A stretch of 63,140 nucleotides of DNA, the filler included, from Pelomyxa schiedti (Eukaryota > Protista > Evosea), in the NCBI GenBank assembly GCA_020536535.1. It is 5 parts of 5 records of this genome, joined end to end, with 100 filler letters (N's around TTAATTAATTAA, not from the genome) between each part and the next. Parts side by side here need not be neighbours in the genome. Positions count along the whole stretch, not along the records: positions 47,420 to 60,280 come from JAHLWZ010000777.1; 4 more parts are not named here. One strand, given 5' to 3'. The translations under genes and the position numbers were made by a program. Positions 48,444 to 59,875 of this stretch are shown here, piece after piece (positions within the stretch are counted from its first letter, which is position 1; each line of letters opens with the position of its first letter). The notes under the pieces are model-generated. The model worked only from the letters and a program-made list of their open reading frames with translations, ran no database searches and had not been told where the DNA came from.

Positions 48444-49667
48444 ATGGAGTTGACGATGAAAAGGAGAACGACAGCAGTGCCGCCCTGGTGGCTGGGGCAT
48501 CTTTTCCTGCAACGAGGGATAAGGGCACGGGACCAGGTGAAGGTGCTGGCTGTGGCTACGACGTCGCAGCGATGCGGCGCGCGCTCGCCAGCCAGGATTG
48601 TGGGAGGCTGCATCGTTGAGCGTTTTTGGTGCGACTGGGTGGTTGGTTGCGCACGCGCGTTTGTCGTGGAGGCACGGCTGGGCGGGGCGTTGCTGGGCGT
48701 GCCATGGGATACGGTTGAAGTGGGGGTTGGCGTGTCGGTTCACCTGCTGGGAATAACACACCTGTGGGTGAGGGATATGAACAAGCCAGAGAGTGGCTGG
48801 TTTGGTGAGGGCGACAGTCATTGTGAGGAAGGCCTGTTCTTTGATCCAAAGGGGTTCAAATGCAGGCAGACCCCATCCAATCACGTATTGTCTAGGAATC
48901 ACCCCTGCCAAGCAGAAAGTACGAACTGGCGGTTATATCTGGAACGAGGTGCCGAGAATTCATTGGTTGTTGAGAAAATCTCCCAATCAGCACCTATGGT
49001 CGTTAAAGCCTCCCTTCCGCAGGGTGGTTCTGTTGAATCCATCAACCTGAGTGAAGTGAATACATCGCAGGCGGTTCTGCTTTTGAACAGCAATGACAGG
49101 ACACAAAGCCTACTACTTGTTGTGGATGTGCCCCGAACCCATGCTTCTGGCGCCCTTCAGGTTGTGAGCACCACCAGAGCCTTGTTACCACAACATAGCA
49201 GCAGAAAACTACTTGCAGAAGTTGTTCTGGTGATGAAACTCAAAGGTGGTCAAAATGTGTTCATCGTGGAGCAGATATGTTCAGGGAAACCAACAGCAGT
49301 GTTTTCTGTGTGGTCAGATGCTCGTGTCAAGAGTCTCTATGGTCCGTCCTATTTTCCTGTCAATGAGGGAGAAGTGAGAGCTTTGTGGGAAGTGACAGGG
49401 TCACTGTTCTCAGTCTACAGCCCCTTGCGTCGAACAGTGGATGTGTGGGACTGCAATCACCTTGACACACCATGTCAGCCAAAAATCACAATTGAGAACG
49501 TTGGAATTCCCCACATTGCAGGTGGTGGGTTCATCTTCCTTGTAACCAGCCGTGATCAAGCACTCCATGTGATCGAACCTTCATTGGGCCTCGTTGTTGC
49601 CGAGATTACTTTTCTCACGGTAGGGGTCTCTGTCAGTGCACTTCGCCTCGACTCCCACTGGTTTTGA
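48444..49667 (+). CDS. Hypothetical protein of the expanded RCGxxSP family (long form, 407 aa, single exon)
   Basis: ARDQVKVLAVATTSQRCGARSPARIV, FWCDWVVGCARAFVV, VDVWDCN, IAGGGFIFLV. Confidence 0.8.
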   Translation: MELTMKRRTTAVPPWWLGHLFLQRGIRARDQVKVLAVATTSQRCGARSPARIVGGCIVERFWCDWVVGCARAFVVEARLGGALLGVPWDTVEVGVGVSVHLLGITHLWVRDMNKPESGWFGEGDSHCEEGLFFDPKGFKCRQTPSNHVLSRNHPCQAESTNWRLYLERGAENSLVVEKISQSAPMVVKASLPQGGSVESINLSEVNTSQAVLLLNSNDRTQSLLLVVDVPRTHASGALQVVSTTRALLPQHSSRKLLAEVVLVMKLKGGQNVFIVEQICSGKPTAVFSVWSDARVKSLYGPSYFPVNEGEVRALWEVTGSLFSVYSPLRRTVDVWDCNHLDTPCQPKITIENVGIPHIAGGGFIFLVTSRDQALHVIEPSLGLVVAEITFLTVGVSVSALRLDSHWF

Positions 49668-50006
49668 CACCGCCGTTCATTACTGCAGCCAGGCAGCTGC
49701 TTGTCATCCACTCGGCATCACACATTGTTGCTGCAAGCATTGAGTACTTTGCACCTGGTTGGATCAATGATTAGCTTTCACTTTTCACATGAATTTTGTG
49801 TGATTCTGCGAACACACAGGCAAACTGTGCGCAAGGCGCACTCGTGAGACTCGAGACTGGACACTCAGAGGCTGAGTACGTACGGCTGAGGGCGTGGAGG
49901 TCGCGCTCGAACAGGCCACCTCGTGTCCACCATCATTTCCCTCATAACAACCTCTCGCCTGCCGGCTCAATTCTGATTAAGTAGGTTTCCCAGAAAACGG
50001 GTGGAC

Positions 50007-50586
50007 TAAAGAACAAAGAACTCGTCATTGTTGATGCTCCAAAACCAAAGGCCGTGTGGGCACAGTCCAATTCAGCACGCAGGGGCGATTGGCATTTCAT
50101 TGTGACCAAGACACCAATTGAAAGAGGTGATCGTCACGAAGTTTAGTTGGGTTCATAGTAAAACGCCAGCTTGTTTGGAATTCTTGTATTTTATAACTTG
50201 AGGGCTCTTCCATGAGGCTTTGATGGTGGTTGAGAGGAGTGAGTGGCAGTGGCAGAGGAGGGAGCGGTCTCGATGTAAAGGTGGAGGTCACCAGTGTGCT
50301 CAACGATGTCATCGTAGAACCACTGTGGGAATCCCGGCTGGTTGGGGAATGCGGCCTGGCCGTAACCGTTGGTGGCAAACTCCCCGTTCTCCTCAACCTT
50401 GATGTTCCCATCCATGTATTTCATCAACAGGTACCTGTTGTTGTGTTGTTTCGGTTGATTGGTTGGATGTGTGCAAACGCATAAGCACAAACGAACCTGT
50501 CAAGGTCCACCCATCTCTGGAACGCTCGGGCACCGGCTGAGACGGAGAATGTAGTGAGGTATTGTACAGCGGCGTCAGGATTGGTC
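50007..50586. repeat. Near-identical duplicate of 51623-52226 (3' ends of two convergent genes)
   Basis: Direct sequence identity with a few substitutions and small indels; ends at an N gap. Confidence 0.9.
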
Positions 50587-50829
50587 TTGTAAAGGCCTTG
50601 TGCAGTNNNNNNNNNNNNNNNNNNNNNNNNNNNNNNNNNNNNNNNNNNNNNNNNNNNNNNNNNNNNNNNNNNNNNNNNNNNNNNNNNNNNNNNNNNNNNN
50701 NNNNNNTCTATTCCTCAGATGTGGAATATGTAAATGAGAGAGCGGTTGGCACACAACAAACTGGGTTCTCGTTCATCGCCCAAGTAATTTCACACTTGCT
50801 TCTCTTCTACTCTCAACCGCTTTAAGGAA

Positions 50830-51738
50830 GCCACAGGAGATTCCTGAAACAGGGATTGATTTTCGCACTCAATCACAGAACTGCAAAGATGAACCGCAAG
50901 AACCCAGCCAAAAGAGGATTGTATGATTATTTGCCCCGCAATAAGAGAATATTGATCCATTTCTCACTCTCAGAGAGTTGAGTCACAGGATGTTCCTCAA
51001 ATAAATGTGGTGGCTACTGCCGATGGAAATCCAAAAGATGCGATCATTTCAACAGTATCTAAATTCGTAATGAGGTCCCTCATATTCATTAGGGTGTACC
51101 CCCGTCACTTGCGGATAAGGGAAAGGAACTACAGACAATGCCGGTCTGTTGCCTATAGCATTACCGGTATTTCACAACCTAATGTATTATTATTTCAACA
51201 GAAGAACGATGTTTCATCTCTTCCGGCAATCAATAACGCCTCATCTACTGCTTTGGTTTTGCCACCTTCTTCAATTGCACCCCGGCAGAGTGTGAGTGTA
51301 CACTTCCTCTAATCAATCATCCCTGATTATAGTTACAGGCACCATCAGCTAAGGCCGAGGACGTCATCCCTACAATTCAGAGGATAGACAAATTCACAAC
51401 GATCCTGAAGGTTTCATTCCCCAGTACCTTGGACAATGCTCGCGCAGTTTGTCCCCTAGAAGGAGAAAGCCAAGAATACAAGTTTATGTACAAGCCAGAA
51501 AAGGTGGCAGGCCGGTACAATGTGTCACTGCTTGTTCCACCACATTCACAGGGGCTCTTCCAGGTAACAGCACCGTGAACTTTTTATACTACTGAACGGG
51601 AAACAGGTTGTGGTCAATGATGTAAAGAACAAAGAACTCGTCATTGTTGATGCTCCAAAACCAAAGGCCGTGTGGGCACAGTCCAATTCAGCACGCAGGG
51701 GCGATTGGCATTTCATTGTGACCAAGACACCAATTTGA
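50830..51738 (+). CDS. Partial hypothetical multi-exon gene (5' end missing or chimeric)
   Basis: Spliceable open segments (DVPQINVVATADGNPKDAIIST; VIPTIQRIDKFTTILKVSFP...AGRYNVSLLVPP; VVVNDVKNKELVIVDAP...TKTPI*); no family recognised. Confidence 0.4.
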
Positions 51739-51815
51739 AAGAGGTGATCGTCACGAAGTTTAGTGGGGTTCATAGTAAAACGCCAGTATTACGGCTTGTT
51801 TGGAATTCTTGTATT

Positions 51816-54221
51816 TTATAACTTGAGGGCTCTTCCGTGAGGCTTTGATGGTTGTTGAGAGGAGTGAGTGGCAGAGGAGGGAGCAGTCTCGATGTAAAGG
51901 TGGAGGTCACCAGTGTGCTCAACGATGTCATCGTAGAACCACTGTGGGAACCCCGGCTGGTTGGGATATGCGGCCTGACCATAACCGTTGGTGGCAAACT
52001 CCCCGTTCTCCTCAACCTTGATGTTCCCATCCATGTATTTCATCAACAGGTACCTGTTGGTGTGTTGTTTCGGTTGGTTGGTTGGATGTGTGTCACACGC
52101 ATAAACACAAACGAACCTGTCAAGGTCCACCCATCTCTGGAACGCTCGGGCACCGGCTGAGACGGAGAATGTAGTGAGGTATTGTACAGCGGCGTCAGGA
52201 TTGGTCTTGTAAAGGCCTTGTGCAGTCGCATCGACAGTGGAAATTTGGCCAAGGAACTCATCCTCCAACTCGCCCTGAGCAGTCTGAATGTCAGTGATCA
52301 TGTAATTGTATCTCAGGTACGCAAAGTTGGAAACTCTGTTCCACAGCCAGAACCCTGACGTTTCTGTTGTTTTGTTAGGTCAGCAAAAATCAAGGTAAAA
52401 CCTCCCCACAAAACAGGAAAGGGAACGGAAACCTGAATAAGTGAGCATGTCACCGTTGCCCTGCTTGAAGTTCTCGGGAACTTCGGTGATGCTGCAATAC
52501 ATCGGCATGTAAACGCTCGTTGCGGTGTCGTCGACTCCGAACCAGAAAATTCCTCCAATGGGATCAGGGAGCCATGATCGTGCCTTAAAGCGGTTGAGAG
52601 TAGAAGAGAAGCAAGTGTGAAATTACTTGGGCGATGAACGAGAACCCAGTTTGTTGTGTGCCAACCGCTCTCTCATTTACATATTCCACATCTGAGGAAT
52701 AGAATTCCATTGGTCTCCACCTGTATGGCCTCAAGCCATCTCCTGAGCCGGGGGTGTCGTGGAGATCGAGGGGCGTTCCCTGGAAGGCATTAAATTTTCT
52801 AATGGCAGAATATCAATACTTCAAAGTGGTTTCTCATCGCATTGAAGACGTCCGCTTGCTTGAGTTTCCGTGAGGGTACAACCCAAAGTGGCATTCGGTT
52901 TGTTGCATATCCCCACTCTCCATAGACAATATCTAAAACAAGTGAGAAAGTGGCATCTATTACACTGTAATACCGCCATGAATGTAGTCGTAATATTCAT
53001 CCATTGATGTGCCTACCACATCACGGAAGAATGCCCATACACGCGCATCACATGATCTTGCACCCTCAAAGGTAACAGGATTGTAGGTATCTTGTAAACA
53101 TCAGAGTAGCTTGGAAGTACATTCTATGCATACCAGAGAAACTGAACTCATCATCGGTTCCATCAAACCAGCCTTGATCACGAGCAAAGGAAATCACATC
53201 CTCACCAAACAGGGTGTCGGGATCATTCTTTGGCAGTTGGGTGATTCGTGCTTGGTTGGCATGTCCGCACACATATCTGTGTGATGTCAAGTCAGTGAAA
53301 GAGAAAAAAAAAATGGACGACGAGGGAAGGGGAGAAGAGGGAGGAGTGCTGCTAACACACACGCACACACCCATCAGGAACACGGCGAGCAGCCCAAAGG
53401 ATTCCAGTGTTTCCTGGTCCCTTTCCTGTCACTTCCATGATCCACACCTGTGTGCAACAGAATTAATGAAGCTTCATGGAAGGCAAAACGAAACCTCATC
53501 GGGATCAGAAATGGAGAAGGACTCTCCCTCACTTGGATAACCATAAGTGTTGGTAAGGGTAACTATGGTGTTGATCAGTTCCCTTNNNNNNNNNNNNNNN
53601 NNNNNNNNNNNNNNNNNNNNNNNNNNNNNNNNNNNNNNNNNNNNNNNNNNNNNNNNNNNNNNNNNNNNNNNNNNNNNNNNNNNNNACCAGAGAAACTGAA
53701 CTCATCATCGGTTCCATCAAACCAGCCTTGAGCACGAGCAAAGGAAATCACATCGTCACCAAACAGGGTGTCGGGATCATTCTTTGGCAGTTGGGTGATT
53801 CGTGCTTGGTTGGCATGTCCGCACACATATCTGTGTGATGTCAAGTCAGTGAAAAAAAAAGGACGACGATGGAAGGACTGCTGCTAACACACACCCATCA
53901 GGAACACGGCGAGCAGCCCAAAGGATTCCAGTGTTTCCTGGTCCCTTTCCTGTCACTTCCATGATCCACACCTGTGTGCAACAGAATCAATGAAGCTTCA
54001 TGGAAGGCAAAACGAAACCTCATCGGGATCAGAAATGGAGAAGGACTCTCCCTCACTTGGATAACCATAAGTGTTGGTAAGGGTAACTATGGTGTTGATC
54101 AGTTCCCTTGCTGTTTTTGACCTCTGCAAAGAAATCCACATGAGGTTCCCATAATCAACGATGCCGGTTGGGTCCACAAGCTCCTCCCTTCCTCCGAATG
54201 TTGTCTCTCCAATCGAAACCT

Positions 54222-54261
<40 letters not shown>

Positions 54262-54925
54262 CAATTGTTGCACCACCAGAGTGGGCTCATCACGAACCTG
54301 GAATTCGTTCATGTTGCCGACCACGTTGTATGTGTGGTTTGCTTGTGGGATCTGACCGAGGAACATCCCAGAATCCCAGTCGTAAATGTCCATCATGGTT
54401 CCTGCAGGATAATCCGCTGCTGGTCTATTGTCGTAGTTAACCATAAAAACCGAACAAAGGAAACAAAAAACAACAAACGCGCCTGTAGTACTCCAAAAAA
54501 AAAAAAAAAAAAAAAAAATGGAAGTCCATGAACGAACCTGTAATACAACTCTCCATAAAGAGTGTGGGAATCAGCAGCGTAAGAAATGAGTGTTGACCCG
54601 TCGGTCGTTGCACCCTTGCTCACAATGAAGTTCGTGCATCCTTGNNNNNNNNNNNNNNNNNNNNNNNNNNNNNNNNNNNNNNNNNNNNNNNNNNNNNNNN
54701 NNNNNNNNNNNNNNNNNNNNNNNNNNNNNNNNNNNNNNNNNNNNGTCCATGAACGAACCTGTAATACAACTCTCCATAAAGAGTGTGGGAATCAGCAGCG
54801 TAAGAAATGAGTGTTGACCCGTCGGTCGTTGCACCCTTGCTCACAATGAAGTTCGTGCATCCTTGTGCCACTCCAATCACAAAAAGCGCCACCCACACCA
54901 GTATCGTTGTCGCAGATCCGGCCAT
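51816..54925 (-). CDS. Peptidase family C69 dipeptidase (N-terminal Cys nucleophile) with signal peptide; spans gaps with duplicated segments
   Basis: Signal peptide then CTNFIVSKGATTDGSTLISYAADSHTLYGEL; GQIPQANHTYNVVGNMNEFQ|VSIGETTFGGREEL; GIVDYGNLMWISLQRSKTARE; GESFSISDPDEV; HANQARIT. Confidence 0.88.
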
Positions 54926-55161
54926 GTCCCTCTCCTCCCACCAGATCCTTGTTTGTTGTTTCTTTTCGTTCCTTCGTCTAAACCGAACTGAGGGAAAAAG
55001 AAGCAGAAGAGCAGGGGAATTACTTTTCCCTTCGTCCCCAACCTCTGGGGTGATGGATTCGTGGTGATTGTGTGACACACCGCCGGCGATTGGGGCTGAG
55101 GGGCTTGCTTGTATTATGGGATCATTTGCAATACAGCCTTGTTTGTTTTATCTGACAGGGC

Positions 55162-57754
55162 TCATAGTGATATGAATAGCTTTTCCCTCCACATGAGATA
55201 TGATACTAGCACCCACACTGATACACCGAGTACATTGCTGGACAGTAGCCACCAGTGTGTGTCTGCTGGAAGCTGGAAGGAAAAGGGGAAGTATCCACCA
55301 AACACCTTTGTTTGTTAGTATCTTGTGCAGTTTTGTAGTTTAGAAGTGGAATGTGCGAATTGCTGAAGTGTTTGGTAAATATTACCTCTGATAGGCAATA
55401 CATGGAAATGGAGTTCATTCCCATGAAGAGGAAAGGCTCGCCCTCCCACACTTTCCACACATCTTCTACTATGTAGCACAAGGACAGACATATATTCCCT
55501 CCACCCGCAAGTGCGAGGACAAATGACAGGCTCCATAGGTTCTTGTTGATCGGGATAGGGCCACCTTCCTTCTCGAAAAGACATAGTCCGGCCGCAATAG
55601 AGCCTAGTATTAATCCCCACAGTAACCACCTTACAAGCCGCTGAGCATCTGGGATAGTTGAGAATTGTAAAGTTCACTATAGGACAGACGTTGTTTGTGG
55701 TGTGTAAGAATTCTTCCAGCTTGAAGTCCAAGATAGCACATAAAAAACGATGTCAGATATCCCAGCAGCCCCTCTATTTTTCTGTTATTTGACATTCTAG
55801 AATTCATCCCTTACCCGGGTCATATGCTCCTGTATCATATATCTCTCTTGGAAGNNNNNNNNNNNNNNNNNNNNNNNNNNNNNNNNNNNNNNNNNNNNNN
55901 NNNNNNNNNNNNNNNNNNNNNNNNNNNNNNNNNNNNNNNNNNNNNNNNNNNNNNGTTAAGTATTGAAATACTGCAGGTGCATACAGCGACACATGCGAGG
56001 ATGATTAACCACTGCAAGAAATAAGGTACAATATCACTGACAGCTTTTCCCATATATGATATTGCCATCCTCCCAGATTGCTGCAAGTCGAGTAGTTTAT
56101 GGGAATCCTCCCCAACAAGAGGATCACCTGAGTGAAGTAATTATAGGCGCAGTGTTTTGTGTGTGGAACCTTTAATCTTTTTGTTGCAAAGAGGAATAGC
56201 AGGTACGTAAGCAGCTAAACATGCAACAAAAAAGTAACTAAGTCCAAATCTCTGTAGAACTCCGGGTATTCTCCAATGTTTATAGTTCCACCCTGGAGTG
56301 CACAGAAAAAGTAATCACATCTGGACGTTGAATACTACACTGACTCTAATTGTTCGTACCATTGTTGAGAAACAGCCCTAGGCAAAAGAGCTTAAGTGAT
56401 CGGATGAAAATCTTCTTGAAGATTTCCCAGTTACTTCCTTTTCTTCGTTTAAAAGAGAGAGCCATTGACGTTCCCATCAAAAAAACGAACCTTGGAAACT
56501 TGAGTGAAAAGAAAAGATAAAAAAAATAACAACCATGGGAAGACAAGATCAGCAACAGTAAGTCCATTCCAGGTCTTTTTTAATGGTAAATCTCGGCACC
56601 CAAACAGCGAAAATCATACCGCATGATTGAAATACCAGTAGCCACCGCCACTGGAATTGACGAATATCATGATGACAAGTGAAATGCCACTGTAAAGAAT
56701 AGTTCAATGAAATTTTCAAAAAGAGGAGAAACAAACCGAAATGTGTCTACACTTCCGATTCTCTCGGCAGCTGGATGCTCTGTGATAGAGTCTACAATGT
56801 ATTTATTTAGTGCCAGAAAAGAGAAAAGCTATAACCAGTTAAAGGTGCATGTTTCCATCTCTTCCTCCAGTACAAGAATATCTTAAAAGCTTGCCACAGA
56901 ATGAAAAGGAAAAGAAGGCCCTTCCACAGGTCAGGGGGTACAAAAAAAAGAGGGTTTGGAACCAAAATAAAAACGACTTCTGGTAGCCAAGTCATTTGAG
57001 GTTCGGCATCCTCGGTAATGGAAAGATCCCATGGAGTGGTATTACTGTTTACCAGAAGTGTATAGACACCGCGCTCGGCGAAGTGGTATCTTCCCCTATT
57101 AATATGCATAAAGAAGGCAGGAATGCGTACTTGATAGAATTTTGAAAACTGCCGTTATATCTGTAGACTGTGATATTGATCCCCCACCGTGTATCCACTG
57201 GATCAAAGTACTGCCCAAATTAAGTGAATACAGAACTCAAGAGTGTCACAACATATTCAGTTTCTGGCTGGGCCCGGTGCATCAATGTGGTCTCCAGACA
57301 ATGGTAACACTCATCAGATACGTAGTTATACGAAGTGACAGCACTACCCATAACATAAAGCCTAACCTAAACAACAGCGCGAGAGTCAGTCAATAACGGG
57401 TTACTTTACCATTTCGCTCGTGAACTCCAAGACCCTCCCTCAACCCCCAAGGGGTTTTTCGCAATTCATTTGATACTATCCAGCTACACCAACATAATAA
57501 CTTTAACTTTGGCTTACCTTCGCGGTGTCCATAGGGTAATCCGTCGGCGAGGTTGTGTTTGGGTCCGGCACGTCGTCGTCGGCGGCCGCTGTCGTCATCA
57601 TCATCGCAGTAGCTGCTGGTGCCGGTGCACTTGAGCAGCACCAAACACTCATCATCACCACCACCATCGTCATCACAACAACAACAGCGGCATCATGGAC
57701 ACGCACCACCCTGTGTATCGAAATCATGTCAAATGCAAATGCAACCACGACCAC
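55162..57754 (-). CDS. HGSNAT: Heparan-alpha-glucosaminide N-acetyltransferase-like protein, multi-exon (start approximate)
   Basis: FAERGVYTLLV lumenal domain, FLMGTSMALSFKR...IFIRSLKLFCLGLFLNNG, YDP(E)G, EPFLFMGMNSISMYCLSE, SYLMWREKLFISL*. Confidence 0.85.
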
Positions 57755-58070
57755 TCAATGTAAATGTGGGCAGCCACCAAAAGTTGTGTGTCACACACGC
57801 GCGCTGGGGATTCGAGTTGCGTGCACCTTCTCCCCCAAAAGAAACTCTTTGGTTTCGTGGAAGGGATCAAGATGGAAAAAAACAGATTGTAATTGAGGAG
57901 TAGTTGCCGGGGTGCTATGGTGGTTGTATCAAGCACAGTGTTGTTGTTTGCTTTTTGAACTTGATGTGTTGAGAGGCACATAAAAAACGAGATAACCTAG
58001 TCATATTTCTACATAGTTTTGGTGGAGCAAAACTGGCATGGTTCTGTGATGGATTCTTGGCATTGTGGAA

Positions 58071-58567
58071 TCAATCAGAAACGAGGCGAAGGGAGAGGGT
58101 GACACAGCCAGATCTCCTATCACATGATGTTGTGTCTGCTGCCCTCCATCCCATTCCCATTGTGCCCAGGTATTCACCCTCCCGTGCTGCATACACTTCC
58201 ACATCCACAAGGCCCTTGATGAGAACCACAGATGATGTGGGTGGTGCCTTCTGAAGAACAGGAATTACGCCCATGTCTGTGAGAATGTATGAGAATTCCC
58301 AAGCGAGTTTTTGGAGTTGGAATTACCATGGTGGAGGCACCCAATGTCACGCAGGATGGATTGCGGGAGTGTCCTGGCAGGGCTGTTTGCACCACACCTT
58401 GCGTTGGTGGCACTGAGCAAAGATATCAGCTGTGAGGAGCAGTCATGGAAAATAAGGGAAGTCCACTTGTGATTTCCATAGAATTCGAAGATTATATCTT
58501 CTGAGAGGTTCGGTGGCAAACAAGGATGAATTTCCACCTTAGTTAGAAAGGGTTCAAATGTGAGCAA
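58071..58567 (-). CDS. Small two-exon RCGxxSP-family protein (short form), paralog A
   Basis: SSQLISLLSATNARCGANSPARTLPQSILRDI, a GT-AG intron, then VLIKGLVDVEVYAAREGEYLGTMGMGW...VTLSLRLVSD*. Confidence 0.65.
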
Positions 58568-58836
58568 ACGAAAGACAAAACTGGTGGGTGACTATACGTT
58601 TCGAGGCCAAGCCCCAAGCTTCGCAATCTCGTGGTTGTTTTTCTTCAGGATACATGCCCTCATGTAAATGCCGTCGTTCAGCAAAGTCAAAAAAACCTAT
58701 CACACAAAGGAGCAATGAACAGAGAACGTCATTATGATCCTTGTGGAAATTACAAAGACACTGTTCACACCAAAGAGTTATTTGGGAGTATCTGGCAGGT
58801 CACTCCGTTCCTCTTCTCCAATTTGATCCCCTCTAA

Positions 58837-59334
58837 TTACAATAAGCTGACCTGAAGAAGGATTTTACAATATATATATACACTACTACTATTATTTTTA
58901 TGCAGGTAAGTACTGAATGTATCGTTGGTGTTTTGCCTCTCAAGCACAAACACGAACCCCAGCTTCTCGCTCGCGGGCGGCCCCGCCTTCTCCTTCTTGC
59001 CCCACCCCGGCGACGTGCGGAAGGCCGACGGGGGCAGCCACGCAGCAGTGGCTTGTGCTGATGGCGTGCCGCCCCCCGCCCCTGGGCGCGTGTTTGTTGT
59101 TGCCTCGCCCGCCTCGTCGTGGCCACAGGGTGCTGCGGTGCTGCTGCCGCCGCCGGGGACGGCCCCTACACAGGGTGCTGCGGGCGGCCCCCCGGTCACT
59201 GCCGAGACTATTCTGTCCCACAAGGACGGGGGGCTGCGTGTGCTCGGGGGCGGGGGGTACTGCCGAATGTTTGTGTGGGCACCATCACCGTCCAGCGTCT
59301 TGCTCAGCCACGCGCGCCCTGCCTCGTAACTCAT
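58837..59334 (-). CDS. Hypothetical GC-rich ORF (165 aa)
   Basis: Open, GC-rich, low-complexity frame starting MSYEAGRAWL, about 20 nt downstream of a copy of the dispersed element; no family recognised. Confidence 0.4.
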   Translation of the reverse strand: MSYEAGRAWLSKTLDGDGAHTNIRQYPPPPSTRSPPSLWDRIVSAVTGGPPAAPCVGAVPGGGSSTAAPCGHDEAGEATTNTRPGAGGGTPSAQATAAWLPPSAFRTSPGWGKKEKAGPPASEKLGFVFVLERQNTNDTFSTYLHKNNSSSVYIYCKILLQVSLL

Positions 59335-59352
59335 CGACTTGCACAGCGGTGT

Positions 59353-59397
59353 GGGTGAACAAAATAATAAACAGACCGGAACGCTGTCATTTTCGTT
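59353..59397 (-). repeat. Inverted partial copy of the dispersed ~65-nt element
   Basis: GGGTGAACAAAATAATAAACAGACCGGAACGCTGTCATTTTCGTT is the reverse complement of the core at 21850-21894 with few mismatches. Confidence 0.88.
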
Positions 59398-59423
59398 GTT
59401 TGTGGTATCACACAGGAATCAAT

Positions 59424-59875
59424 TCAGGCAGAAACGAGGCGAAGTGAGAGTGTGACACAGCCAGATTTCCTATCACACGACGTTGTGTCTGCAGCCCTCC
59501 ACCCCAGTCCCATTGTGGCCATGTACGCACCCTCCAGTGCTGCATACACTTCAACCTCCACGAGGCCCTTGATGAAGACTGCTGGTGCCTTCTGTATCAG
59601 GGGAAATACATCCATGTCTGTGTGTTTGTGTGAGTGTGAACGACCCAGAGAACTGCGGGAGCTGGGTTACCATGACTGAGACATGCAATGTCATGGAGAA
59701 TGGAAGGTGGGAGTGTCCTGGCAGGGCTTCTGGCACCACACCTTGCGTTGGTGGCACTGAGCAAAGATATCAGCTGTGCAGTGCAGTCGTGGAAGATAAG
59801 AGAATATCTATTATGGGTCCTATCCCACAGGCAGATATCTTCAGAGGGAGAAGGCAACTGTGGATGAATTTCCAC
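59424..59875 (-). CDS. Small two-exon RCGxxSP-family protein (short form), paralog B
   Basis: TAQLISLLSATNARCGARSPARTLPPSILHDI, an intron at the same position as in paralog A, then VFIKGLVEVEVYAALEGAYMATMGLGW...VTLSLRLVSA*. Confidence 0.65.
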
